Part shown: piece after piece, positions 22,494 through 32,000 of the stretch | Position numbering within the stretch: position 1 is the stretch's first letter | Layout of the letters: each line of letters opens with the position of its first letter | Origin: Deferrisomatales bacterium | Lineage (GTDB): Bacteria; Desulfobacterota; Deferrisomatia; Deferrisomatales; Deferrisomataceae | Reading direction: 5' to 3' | Length of the DNA stretch: 32,000 bases | Assembly: GCA_024277875.1 (NCBI GenBank) | Contig: JAJRUI010000107.1 | Location: forward strand, 1 to 32,000 | Translations under genes and position numbers: made by a program | The notes under the pieces: generated by a model | Databases searched by the model: none | What the model was told of the DNA's origin: nothing | What the model saw: only the letters and a program-made list of their open reading frames with translations

Positions 22494-23591
22494 TCAGGTG
22501 GACGCGCACTTGTTTTCGAAGTTTACCTTCACCCCGGCCATCAGCCCGCCGATGATCGATTCCATGGCCGTCTTGGGTTTGTCGGTCACGGCCTTGGTCT
22601 GTTTGCGGGACCAGACCGTTTCGGGCCGTGCCTGGAGGATCACGATGCTGTCCGGGAACGGCAGGTCCTCGTCCACGGCCCACTCCACGTCCATGGGCCG
22701 TCCGTAGTGCTTCTCGATCCGGCGGGCCAGTTCGGTGAGCTCCCGGATCTCCTCGTCGGTGATCGACGCCTTCTCCCGGTCCGGTTCCGGGACCGCCCGG
22801 ACCTGCACGCCCTCCTCGGACGACACCAGCAGGTACGCCTCGGGCTTGGGCACCACGTTCCTGCGGATCACGTCGAAGGTGACCTTGTCCACCAGGAAGT
22901 CGTCCGGGGTGATGTCCCCGGACACGACCCCCTCGCCGAACCCCCACGCCGCGTTGATCGCGACCTTGGACCGGTCGCCGTTGATCGGGTTCAGGGTGAA
23001 CAGCACGCCCGAGCTGCGGGCGTTGGCCATTTTCTGGATTCCCACCGAGATGCGCACGTTCTCGTGGCTGAACCCCTTCTCCTCCCGGTACGCGATCACC
23101 CGGTCGGTGAACAGGCTGGCCCAGCACGCCCGTACCTTGTCGACCACCGCGTCCTCGCCGACCACCCACAGGTAGGTGTCCTGGAGCCCGGCGAACGACG
23201 CGTCCGCCAGGTCTTCCAGGGTGGCGCTGGAGCGAACGGCCACGGGCAGGTCGCCGCCGCCGCTCCGGTCGCACAGCTCCCGGTACGCGAGGCGAATCGC
23301 GTTTTCCACCGGGCCGGGGATCGCCGTGGCGTGGATCATGCGGCGCACCTCCTGCCCCACCTCGTCCACGCACGCGCCGGAAGAGGTCTTTTGGAGCACC
23401 TTGCAGATTGGGTCCCGCAGCCCGGTCTCCACCAGGAAGTCGTAGTACGCGTCGGTGGTGACCGCGAACCCGGGGGGCACCCGGATGCCGGCGTGGATCA
23501 GTTCTCCCAGGCTCGCGCACTTGCCCCCGACCCGGGGGGAGTGCTCCGACCGGCACGTTTCGAACCACAGGATGGCGTGTTCGTCAGCCAT
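22494..23591 (-). CDS. ppsB: Phenylphosphate-synthase beta-subunit-like protein (PEP-synthase N-terminal ATP-grasp/PPDK_N domain only), 365 aa
   Basis: Motifs: GGKCASLGEL, PPGFAVTTDAY, VAVRSSATLEDLADASFAGLQDTYL, GVLFTLNP, GFGEGVVSG. It is a stand-alone nucleotide-binding domain placed right after the His-domain protein, as in the known pps system. The phenolic substrate is not provable from sequence. Confidence 0.82.
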   Translation of the reverse strand: MADEHAILWFETCRSEHSPRVGGKCASLGELIHAGIRVPPGFAVTTDAYYDFLVETGLRDPICKVLQKTSSGACVDEVGQEVRRMIHATAIPGPVENAIRLAYRELCDRSGGGDLPVAVRSSATLEDLADASFAGLQDTYLWVVGEDAVVDKVRACWASLFTDRVIAYREEKGFSHENVRISVGIQKMANARSSGVLFTLNPINGDRSKVAINAAWGFGEGVVSGDITPDDFLVDKVTFDVIRRNVVPKPEAYLLVSSEEGVQVRAVPEPDREKASITDEEIRELTELARRIEKHYGRPMDVEWAVDEDLPFPDSIVILQARPETVWSRKQTKAVTDKPKTAMESIIGGLMAGVKVNFENKCAST

Positions 23592-23595
23592 GGGA

Positions 23596-25431
23596 TCACG
23601 CCTCCTCGATGAGTTCGATGGTGCCGGTGTTGCCGTCCACCCGGACCCGCTGGCCGCTCTGGAACGTCTGGGTCCCGGTGCCGGTGCCCACCACCGCGGG
23701 CAGGCCGTACTCGCGGCACACGATCGCGGCGTGGCACATGATGCCGCCCACGTCGGTGACCGCGGCCTTGATCTTGGTGAACGCAGGGGCCCAGCTCGGG
23801 CTGGTGGTGGGGCACACCAGCACGTCCCCGTCCTGGAGGGTGGAAATGTCGGCCACCGTGCGGCACACCCGCACCGTGCCCTCCACCACGCCGGGGCTGC
23901 CCGCGAACCCGGTCAGCTTGCTGCCGTCGCCGTCCTTGCCCTTGGCCCACGCGGCCAGGGAGTCGTTGGTGATCCCCCACAGCACGATGGTGAACGGCTC
24001 GGTGATCGTCTCGGGCGGGGTGCCCACAGCCGGCAGCGCGTTCCACTGCTTGAACTTCTCCATCACGCCCTTGCGCCACGCGATCTCGGGGCCCCAGTGG
24101 AGGTTGCCCATCGGCTCGGTGCCGGTGGCCCAGGAGGTCACCAGGTCCCACATGGCCTGCTTGATCTCGTGGCGGTTCAGGAGCCAGATGTCCTCGACGT
24201 CGGGCCAGAACCCGGCCTTGACGAACCGGCGGGACACCTCGCGCATCTTGTTCCAGAAGATCGAGTGGAACCAGTGCTCCACGTAGAACAGGTGGCTCTC
24301 CACGTACGGGAACACCCGCTGGGCCGTGCCCACCAGGTTGTCGAACGTCTGCCGGTCCTCGTCGGTGGCCAGCAGGGCCCGGTACTCGGTGATGATCCGG
24401 TCGCGCTCCCGCTTGAGCTCGCCCAGGGGCCGGTCGATCGAGTCGCCCTTCTTGATCTTCTGGATGTACAGCCGGATCGACGCCAGGGGGATCTCCAGCT
24501 CGTCGAGCCACGACGAGTCGTGGTGGAACCACCCGGTCCCGGTGGAGATGTAGAACCACGGGTACTTGGCCTTCTCGAACCGCTGTTCCCAGATCCGGCC
24601 GTCGTTGGACTGCTTGAGCTCCGCGAATAGCTCGTCCACGCTCTTGTCGGCCAGGATCTGGTCCTCGATGCCCAGTTCACACGCCAGCCGCGCCAGCCGC
24701 TTCAGCTCCTCGTCGGGCTGGTACAGGATCACGTCGATCCCGCTCACCATCTGGGTCACCCGCTGGAGCGGGATGTCCGGGAACGCCTTCTGGCAGAAGT
24801 CGAGCAGGGTCACGTACGCGGCGTAGCCCAGGTTCAGGAACTCGAAGTGGTACTGCCACGCGAGGATGCCGAGCTGGATCAGGCGGTCGTAGGCCTTGAG
24901 CAGTTCGTACCCGCTGCTCTTGCCCACCGCGTCGAACACCACCGAGACGTCCTCCATCTCGGGCAGCTCGGGGATGTCGAGTTCGTCCAGGTCCTTGATG
25001 ACCTGGCTCATCTTGGTCTCCCACTTCGCGTACAGCTCGTCCCAGTTCTGGTAGTAGTAGCCGGCCCGTTCCATGAACCACTCGACCCGCTGGGGGATGT
25101 CCTCCGGGTTCGCCACCGGCACCGGCGAGATGTAGATGCGGCCGTTGATGATCCGGTGGTCCACGCCCAGGGCCGGGGGAACCATGAAAATCCGGGTGTT
25201 GTACTGGGACAGGGCCAGGAACCATGCCTCGTCCCAGATGATGTCGAACGGGTAGATCGGCTCGGGGTAGTGGAGCCCATCGTAGAACCAGAACATGGAC
25301 TCCTCGTACGCCTTGCGCTTCGGGTCGTCCGTGGTGAAGCGGTAGTAGTACGGGTACATCCGCTCCCAGCCCTCGGTGCCTGGGATCTGCTCGACGTCGT
25401 GGGGCTTCGGGAAACCGCTGCTGTCGGCCAT
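23596..25431 (-). CDS. ppsA: Phenylphosphate-synthase alpha-subunit-like protein (PEP-utilising enzyme mobile His domain at the C-terminus), 611 aa
   Basis: The start was moved to the ATG at 25431 (AAGGAGG 5 nt upstream). The C-terminal swivel domain is GSPGVVEGTVRV...GDVLVCPTTSPSWAPAF..AAVTDVGGIMCHAAIVCREYGLPAVVG, with the phospho-His context GGxxCHAAIV. The long Trp/Tyr-rich N-terminal region matches my recollection of PpsA-type proteins. Confidence 0.82.
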   Translation of the reverse strand: MADSSGFPKPHDVEQIPGTEGWERMYPYYYRFTTDDPKRKAYEESMFWFYDGLHYPEPIYPFDIIWDEAWFLALSQYNTRIFMVPPALGVDHRIINGRIYISPVPVANPEDIPQRVEWFMERAGYYYQNWDELYAKWETKMSQVIKDLDELDIPELPEMEDVSVVFDAVGKSSGYELLKAYDRLIQLGILAWQYHFEFLNLGYAAYVTLLDFCQKAFPDIPLQRVTQMVSGIDVILYQPDEELKRLARLACELGIEDQILADKSVDELFAELKQSNDGRIWEQRFEKAKYPWFYISTGTGWFHHDSSWLDELEIPLASIRLYIQKIKKGDSIDRPLGELKRERDRIITEYRALLATDEDRQTFDNLVGTAQRVFPYVESHLFYVEHWFHSIFWNKMREVSRRFVKAGFWPDVEDIWLLNRHEIKQAMWDLVTSWATGTEPMGNLHWGPEIAWRKGVMEKFKQWNALPAVGTPPETITEPFTIVLWGITNDSLAAWAKGKDGDGSKLTGFAGSPGVVEGTVRVCRTVADISTLQDGDVLVCPTTSPSWAPAFTKIKAAVTDVGGIMCHAAIVCREYGLPAVVGTGTGTQTFQSGQRVRVDGNTGTIELIEEA

Positions 25432-25533
25432 GGGGACCTCCTTCTGGAACGGGTGTGGAAAAACGAACGGGGTTTCGTGCCGTCGTCGCTGGACCGGTTC
25501 CGGGCCGGCACGGGCGCCTGAAAAAGATGAAAA

Positions 25534-25548
25534 GCAATGGTCGTGCCA
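25534..25548 (-). promoter_or_regulatory. Sigma54 (-24/-12) promoter of the ppsA operon
   Basis: The minus strand reads cTTGGCACGACCATTGCTTTT, that is TGGCAC-N5-TTGC with GG and GC correctly spaced. It lies about 100 nt upstream of the ppsA ATG. Confidence 0.7.
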
Positions 25549-25613
25549 AGGCGGTTTTTGCGGCATGTGTACTGAAACGCTGTTTAGCTGACGAGGCGGG
25601 TTCCCGTCAAAAA

Positions 25614-25629
25614 GCGTCACCCGTGACGC
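25614..25629. promoter_or_regulatory. Perfect dyad GCGTCAC-CC-GTGACGC, candidate enhancer-binding-protein site (UAS 1)
   Basis: A 16-bp palindrome whose centre lies about 75 bp upstream of the -24 element. Confidence 0.5.
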
Positions 25630-25676
25630 ATCTGGGCCTCCGGCTGCGTTTCGGCCCGTCCGGGCGCCCGCACAGG

Positions 25677-25692
25677 GCGACACCGGTGACGC
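25677..25692. promoter_or_regulatory. Near-dyad GCGACAC-CG-GTGACGC, candidate UAS 2
   Basis: It has one mismatch to the UAS 1 half-sites. The centre-to-centre distance to UAS 1 is 63 bp, about six helical turns. Confidence 0.42.
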
Positions 25693-25732
25693 ACCCGGCG
25701 CCAGGGGCGGGAAAAACGGAGCGCGAACGGCG

Positions 25733-25762
25733 TTGACGCGGGCCGGCCCGGGTTGCTATCCT
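25733..25762 (+). promoter_or_regulatory. Candidate sigma70 promoter of the trp operon
   Basis: TTGACG (25733-25738), N18, TATCCT (25757-25762). The leader ATG is at 25771, so the leader mRNA would be leaderless or nearly so. Confidence 0.45.
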
Positions 25763-25770
25763 GCACCACC

Positions 25771-25857
25771 ATGAGAGACACGACCGCCAACACCGCAGCA
25801 GCGATCGCGCACGGCCAGAGCCTCACCGGCTGGTGGTGGCCCCTCTTCCGGGGCTGA
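25771..25857 (+). CDS. trpL: trp operon leader peptide, 28 aa, with three consecutive Trp codons
   Basis: MRDTTANTAAAIAHGQSLTGWWWPLFRG*. TGG TGG TGG lies at 25831-25839. It sits between a promoter-like element and two hairpin/T-run structures, 123 nt upstream of trpE. Confidence 0.65.
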   Translation: MRDTTANTAAAIAHGQSLTGWWWPLFRG

Positions 25858-25883
25858 CCGCCGCCGTTTTCCCCAGGAAGCGC

Positions 25884-25922
25884 GCCGCGGACGGCCCACG
25901 CCGTCCGCGGCCTTTTGTTTTT
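25884..25922 (+). terminator. Attenuator hairpin 1 with T-run
   Basis: GCCGCGGACGGC (25884-25895), loop ccac, GCCGTCCGCGGC (25900-25911), then CTTTTGTTTTT. Confidence 0.62.
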
Positions 25923-25958
25923 CGGGGCCGCGGGAGACCGCGGCCCCGGGTCGTTTTT
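25923..25958 (+). terminator. Attenuator hairpin 2 with T-run
   Basis: CGGGGCCGCGG (25923-25933), loop gaga, CCGCGGCCCCG (25938-25948), then GGTCGTTTTT. The 3' arm of hairpin 1 (CCGCGGCC) can alternatively pair with the 5' arm of hairpin 2 (GGCCGCGG). Confidence 0.55.
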
Positions 25959-25979
25959 CGGCCGAGGAGAACGCGACCG

Positions 25980-27488
<1,509 letters not shown>

Positions 27489-27507
27489 TCCGGAACCGGA
27501 AGACGCC

Positions 27508-28062
<555 letters not shown>

Positions 28063-28077
<15 letters not shown>

Positions 28078-28296
28078 AAAAGCGGCCTGCTAGCACCCCA
28101 CGGAGGGGGTGCCAAATCACGAGGGTTGAAAACCCGAGTGATTTGAAAGACCTCGACGATTCCGCAGGATAGCGGAATCGGACGTTTCACAGAAACGCCC
28201 AACGGGCAAGCCCCATGGATGGGGCGAGTCACGGGGCCGTCCCCGAGAGGTCGTGGCTGAAAAACCCATGGACGGGGTTTTTCAGCAGCCTGCTAG
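28063..28296. repeat. 234-bp mosaic of eight stem-loops bounded by 19-bp terminal inverted repeats (MITE/BIME-like insertion) between trpG and trpD
   Basis: The left end CTAGCAGGCCGCTGAAAAA (28063-28081) matches the reverse complement of the right end (28278-28296, CTAGCAGGCTGCTGAAAAA) at 18 of 19 positions. Hairpins lie at 28063-28093, 28093-28112, 28114-28144, 28157-28180, 28180-28200, 28210-28225, 28232-28245 and 28256-28286. The last one is copy B of the REP-like family. Confidence 0.5.
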
Positions 28297-28339
28297 AAAT
28301 CGCGTGACCCGGCGCAGCGCGCCGAGAAGGACGCCGAAC

Positions 28340-29401
28340 ATGCTCAGAGACCTGATCCGCAAACTGGTGGACGGGCGCGACCTGGCCCGGGGCGAGATGA
28401 TCGACGCGATGGACGCCCTGATGGGCGGCGAGGCCACCCCGGCCCAGACCGCAGCGTTCCTCACGGCCCTGCGCGTCAAGGGCGAGACCGTGGACGAGAT
28501 CGTGGGCGCGGCCCGGGTGATGCGCGAGCGCGCCACCCCGATCCCGGTGCCCGGCCCGGCCGGCCCGGGCGTGAGCGTGGACCGGGACGAGATCAACGTG
28601 GAGCACGAGACGGTCCTGGACACCTGCGGCACCGGGGGGGACGCGACCCACACGTTCAACATCTCCACTACCACTGCGTTCGTGGTGGCTGGCGCAGGGA
28701 TCACGGTGGCCAAGCACGGCAACCGGGCCGTGTCGAGCCGGTGCGGCAGCGCCGACGTGCTCGAGGCCCTGGGGGTGAACCTAGACGTCACCCCGGGCCA
28801 GGTGGGCGGATTCCTGCGGGAGATCGGCATCGGGTTCCTGTACGCGCCGCTCTTGCACTCGGCCATGCGCCACGTGGCGCCGGTGCGGCGGGAGATGGGG
28901 ATCCGCACGATCTTCAACCTCCTGGGGCCCCTGACCAACCCGGCCGGGGCCCACCGCCAGGTGCTCGGGGTGTACCGCGGGGACCTGGTGGGGGTGCTGG
29001 CCCGGGTGCTCGGTGAACTGGGCAGCGAGCGCGCCCTGGTGGTGCACGGGGCCGACGGCCTGGACGAGCTGACGATCACCGGGCCGACCCGGGTGGCCGA
29101 ACTGCGGGGCGGCGCCGTGACCGAGTACGAGGTCCGGCCCGGCGCGTTCGGCCTGGCCGAGGCGTCCATCGACGCGATTAGGGGGGGCGACGCCCGGGAG
29201 AACGCGGTGATCGTCCGGGCCGTGCTGTCCGGCGAGCCCGGACCCCGGCGGGACGTGGTGCTCCTGAACGCCGGCGCGGCCCTGGCCGTGGCCGGCGCTG
29301 CGCCCGACATTGCCGCCGGCGTGCGGCTGGCCGGGGAGGTGATCGACGACGGCCGCGCCCTCGAAAAGCTCGACCGGCTCGTGGAGCTGACCCGGCGATG
29401 A
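28340..29401 (+). CDS. trpD: Anthranilate phosphoribosyltransferase, 353 aa
   Basis: The start was moved to the ATG at 28340 (GAGAAGGA 8 nt upstream; [15 protein letters not shown] is a typical TrpD N-terminus). Motifs: [30 protein letters not shown]. Confidence 0.9.
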   Translation: MLRDLIRKLVDGRDLARGEMIDAMDALMGGEATPAQTAAFLTALRVKGETVDEIVGAARVMRERATPIPVPGPAGPGVSVDRDEINVEHETVLDTCGTGGDATHTFNISTTTAFVVAGAGITVAKHGNRAVSSRCGSADVLEALGVNLDVTPGQVGGFLREIGIGFLYAPLLHSAMRHVAPVRREMGIRTIFNLLGPLTNPAGAHRQVLGVYRGDLVGVLARVLGELGSERALVVHGADGLDELTITGPTRVAELRGGAVTEYEVRPGAFGLAEASIDAIRGGDARENAVIVRAVLSGEPGPRRDVVLLNAGAALAVAGAAPDIAAGVRLAGEVIDDGRALEKLDRLVELTRR

Positions 29402-30180
29402 GCATCCTGGACGAGATTACGGCCCGCCGCCGCGAGCGGATGGACGAGGCCCGCCGGGCCGTGCCCCTGGAGGCGGTGCGCGACCGGGCCGCCGCAGCGC
29501 CCCGGGGCGCGGACCCGCTGGACCGGCTGGCCGGTTGGCCGGCCGGCCGCCGGGCCGTGATCGCCGAGGTGAAGCGCCGCAGCCCGTCCAGGGGCGCGTT
29601 GCGGCCCCGCCTGGATCCGGCCGGCCTGGCCCGGGACTACGAGGCGGCCGGCGCGTTCGCCGTGTCGGTGATCACCGAGCCGGACTTCTTCGGCGGCAGC
29701 CTGGGGGACCTGGCCGCTGCCCGCACCGCCGTGGACCTGCCCCTGCTGCGCAAGGACTTCGTGGTGGACCCGTACCAGGTGTGGGAGGCCCGGGCGGCCG
29801 GCGCCGACCTCGTGCTCCTGATCGTGGCCGTCCTGGGAGACCGGACCGCGGAGTACGTGGCCCTGTGCCGGGCAGCCGGGGTGGAGCCCCTGGTGGAGGT
29901 CCACGACGGGGCCGAGTTCGACGCGGCCGTGGCAGCCGGCGCCCGGCTCGTAGGGGTCAACAACCGGGACCTCCGGACGTTTCGGGTCGACCTCGGCACC
30001 ACCTGCCGCCTCGCGCCCCGGGCCCCGGACGGGGTGGTGGTGGTGAGCGAGAGCGGACTGGCCGGCCCGGCCGACCTGGACGACCTGGAGGCACGGGGCG
30101 CCCGGGTGTTCCTGGTGGGGGAGGCCCTGGTGACCGCGCCGGACCCGGCTGCTGCGCTGCGGACCCTGGTGCTGCGATGA
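29398..30180 (+). CDS. trpC: Indole-3-glycerol-phosphate synthase, 260 aa
   Basis: ATGA overlap with trpD. Motifs: [35 protein letters not shown]. Confidence 0.92.
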   Translation: MSILDEITARRRERMDEARRAVPLEAVRDRAAAAPRGADPLDRLAGWPAGRRAVIAEVKRRSPSRGALRPRLDPAGLARDYEAAGAFAVSVITEPDFFGGSLGDLAAARTAVDLPLLRKDFVVDPYQVWEARAAGADLVLLIVAVLGDRTAEYVALCRAAGVEPLVEVHDGAEFDAAVAAGARLVGVNNRDLRTFRVDLGTTCRLAPRAPDGVVVVSESGLAGPADLDDLEARGARVFLVGEALVTAPDPAAALRTLVLR

Positions 30181-30839
30181 GCGCCGCGCGCACCCGGGTC
30201 AAGATCTGCGGCCTCACCCGCCGCGACGACGCCCTGCGGGCCGTGGACCTGGGTGCCGACGCCGTGGGGTTCGTGTTCGCGCCCCGGAGCCGGCGGCTGG
30301 CAGACCCCGAGACGGTGGCCCGGATTGCGGAGGAGATCCCGCCGCTGGTCACCGTGGTGGGGGTGTTCCAGGACCAGCCCGCCCTCGAGGTGCGCACGAC
30401 AGCCGCCCTGTGCGGCCTGCACCTGGTGCAGCTCCACGGCGCCGAGGACCCGGCCTTTGCCCGGGCCGTGGACCGGCCGGTGCTCAAGGCCGCTTGGCTC
30501 GCCCAGGAAGCCGACCTCGCCCAACTGGACGCGTGGCCCCGGGCCACCGCGTTCCTCCTGGACGCCGTGGCCCGGGGCGCCCGGGGGGGCACCGGCCGCA
30601 CCTGCGACTGGACCCTGGCCCGCCGCGCGGCCGGCCGGGTCCGGGTGGTGCTGGCCGGCGGGCTCCACGCGGGCAACGTGGCCGACGCGATCCGGGCGGT
30701 GGGCCCGTGGGCCGTGGACGGCGCCACCGGCACCGAGGCCGCCCCCGGCCGGAAGGACCCGGAGAAACTGCGCGCGTTCCTGGCCGCCGTGCGCGCGGCC
30801 GACGCGGAGCGCGCCGAGAGCGGGAGCAAAGCCCCATGA
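30177..30839 (+). CDS. trpF: Phosphoribosylanthranilate isomerase, 220 aa
   Basis: ATGA overlap with trpC. Motifs: [25 protein letters not shown]...GGTG..DW, LAGGL. Confidence 0.9.
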   Translation: MSAARTRVKICGLTRRDDALRAVDLGADAVGFVFAPRSRRLADPETVARIAEEIPPLVTVVGVFQDQPALEVRTTAALCGLHLVQLHGAEDPAFARAVDRPVLKAAWLAQEADLAQLDAWPRATAFLLDAVARGARGGTGRTCDWTLARRAAGRVRVVLAGGLHAGNVADAIRAVGPWAVDGATGTEAAPGRKDPEKLRAFLAAVRAADAERAESGSKAP

Positions 30840-32000
30840 CCGACCTCCAGCCCCGGGGCCACTACGGCCCGTTCGGCGGCCAGTACGTGGCCGAGACCCT
30901 GATGCCCGCGCTGATCGAACTCGAACGCGCCCTGGACGCGGCCGCGGACGATCCCGGGTTCCGGGCGGAGTTCCGGGCCCTGCTCGCGGACTACGTGGGC
31001 CGGCCCACGCCCCTGACCCGGGCGGACCGGCTGGCCGCGGAGTTCGGGGGCGCGCGCATCTACCTGAAGCGGGAGGACCTGTGTCACACGGGCGCCCACA
31101 AGATCAACAACACGGTGGGCCAGGTGCTCCTGGCCCGGCGCATGGGCAAGCGCCGGGTGATCGCCGAGACCGGCGCCGGCCAGCACGGGGTGGCCACGGC
31201 CACGGCCGCGGCCCGGTTCGGGCTCGGCTGCACCGTGTACATGGGCGCCGAGGACGTGCGGCGCCAGGCGCCCAACGTGGAGCGAATGCGGCTGCTGGGC
31301 GCCGAGGTGGTGCCGGTGGCCGCGGGCAGCCGCACCCTGAAGGACGCCATGAACGAGGCGATCCGCCAGTGGGTGAGCCGCGTGGAGACCACCTTCTACG
31401 TGATCGGATCGGTGGCCGGCCCCCACCCGTACCCCCGGATGGTGCGGGCGTTCCAGCGGGTGATCGGCGACGAGGCCCGGGCCCAGTGCCTGGAGGCGGA
31501 AGGCCGGCTGCCCGACGCGGTGGTCGCGTGCCTGGGCGGCGGCAGCAACGCCATGGGCATCTTCCCAGCGTTCCTGGACGACCCCGTGGACCTGGTGGCC
31601 GTGGAGGCGGCCGGGGAGGGGGTGCCCACCGGCCGGCACGCGGCTGCGATCGCGGCCGGCCGGGTCGGGGTGCTCCACGGGATGAAATCCTACTTCCTCC
31701 AGGACGACCACGGCCAGATCCTGGAGGCCCACTCGATCTCCGCCGGCCTGGACTACCCGGGCGTGGGACCCGAGGTGGCCGAACTGGCCCGGTCCGGCCG
31801 GGTGCGCACCGCCGCGGCCACCGACGCCGAGGCCGTGGCCGCGTTCCACCGGCTCGCGCGCACCGAGGGCATCCTGCCCGCCCTGGAGAGCGCCCACGCC
31901 CTGGCCCGGGTCGGCGACCTGGCCCGGGAGAAGGGCCCGGACGGGGTGGTGGTCCTCAACCTCTCGGGCCGGGGAGACAAGGACCTGGCCACCGTGCTCG
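30836..32000 (+). CDS. trpB: Tryptophan synthase beta chain, 3' end cut by the window edge (absent from the ORF track because it has no stop)
   Basis: ATGA overlap with trpF. My own translation gives [26 protein letters not shown]..., [16 protein letters not shown] (PLP Lys), [32 protein letters not shown] and [10 protein letters not shown]. The last complete codon ends at 31999. Confidence 0.93.
   Translation, partial: MTDLQPRGHYGPFGGQYVAETLMPALIELERALDAAADDPGFRAEFRALLADYVGRPTPLTRADRLAAEFGGARIYLKREDLCHTGAHKINNTVGQVLLARRMGKRRVIAETGAGQHGVATATAAARFGLGCTVYMGAEDVRRQAPNVERMRLLGAEVVPVAAGSRTLKDAMNEAIRQWVSRVETTFYVIGSVAGPHPYPRMVRAFQRVIGDEARAQCLEAEGRLPDAVVACLGGGSNAMGIFPAFLDDPVDLVAVEAAGEGVPTGRHAAAIAAGRVGVLHGMKSYFLQDDHGQILEAHSISAGLDYPGVGPEVAELARSGRVRTAAATDAEAVAAFHRLARTEGILPALESAHALARVGDLAREKGPDGVVVLNLSGRGDKDLATVL

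Noticed and set aside
12170-25683. 5'-extended versions of several track ORFs (12170-13696, 16850-18466, 19016-20800, 18291-20780, 23596-25683, 8397-9875, 7729-9537)
   Set aside because: In each case an internal ATG or GTG preceded by a strong Shine-Dalgarno sequence coincides with the start of the recognisable domain. The upstream extension is low-complexity, AT-rich intergenic, or overlaps the neighbouring gene.
25455-25736. 93-aa plus-strand ORF in the ppsA/trp intergenic region
   Set aside because: Third-position G/C is clearly lower than in real genes here. The product is basic and low-complexity. The region is better explained by the sigma54 promoter, the dyad sites and the ppsA 5' UTR.
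28078-28339. Possible CRISPR array or tRNA-like genes, suggested by the many short hairpins
   Set aside because: The hairpins have different sequences and irregular spacing, with no constant repeat and unique-spacer periodicity. No cas genes are present. No cloverleaf with tRNA-like arms could be drawn.
29957-31897. 646-aa minus-strand ORF
   Set aside because: It is antisense to trpC, trpF and trpB, whose translations carry unmistakable catalytic motifs. The product is a Gly/Arg/Pro/Ala-rich shadow frame.

Overview
The window is a GC-rich bacterial chromosomal segment with very strong G/C bias at third codon positions. Long Arg/Pro/Gly-rich shadow ORFs on the opposite strand are therefore common and were discarded. 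All family assignments come from motifs read by eye and recalled reference sequences, because no database search was possible. The gene content suggests a sigma54-using strict anaerobe, possibly Desulfobacterota-like, but the taxon cannot be fixed.

Layout:
1. 1-2495 (+): a 5'-truncated PaaK-type aryl-CoA ligase, a 74-aa ORF and a MetA/phenol-family outer-membrane channel, chained by two ATGA overlaps.
2. 2580-6521: an NtrC-type sigma54 activator co-transcribed with a beta-RFAP-synthase-like GHMP protein, divergent from a soluble Cys-rich PAS histidine kinase.
3. 6534-7721: a NUDIX hydrolase and a divergent hypothetical gene.
4. 7729-25431 (almost all on the minus strand): an anaerobic phenol-type catabolic island.
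   - ppsA and ppsB (phenylphosphate-synthase-like) sit behind a near-consensus sigma54 promoter with two dyad upstream sites.
   - They are followed by a flavin reductase, a RibK-like/HAD fusion, a CoADR-rhodanese gene and a Cys-rich DUF364-like gene.
   - A separately promoted SiR-like/AprA-like/AprB-like sulfur-redox operon comes next, then a LysR regulator on the plus strand.
   - The LysR gene is divergent from a phenylphosphate-carboxylase-like operon: UbiD paralogue, KdsC-like delta subunit, UbiD paralogue, 85-aa protein, third UbiD paralogue, UbiX.
5. 25733-32000 (+): a trp operon (trpE, G, D, C, F and partial trpB) preceded by a 28-codon leader peptide with three consecutive Trp codons and two tandem GC hairpins with T-runs. 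A 262-nt structured, inverted-repeat-flanked insertion interrupts it between trpG and trpD.

No tRNA, rRNA, CRISPR array, transposase or integrase was seen.

Most interesting observations:
- The flavin-kinase-like/HAD fusion plus flavin reductase carried in the pps operon may be a prFMN precursor-supply module.
- An inverted-order AprA-AprB pair with a small siroheme protein is wedged between the pps and ppc operons.
- A beta-RFAP-synthase-like gene sits in the regulator operon.
- A family of palindromic repeats recurs in intra-operon gaps.
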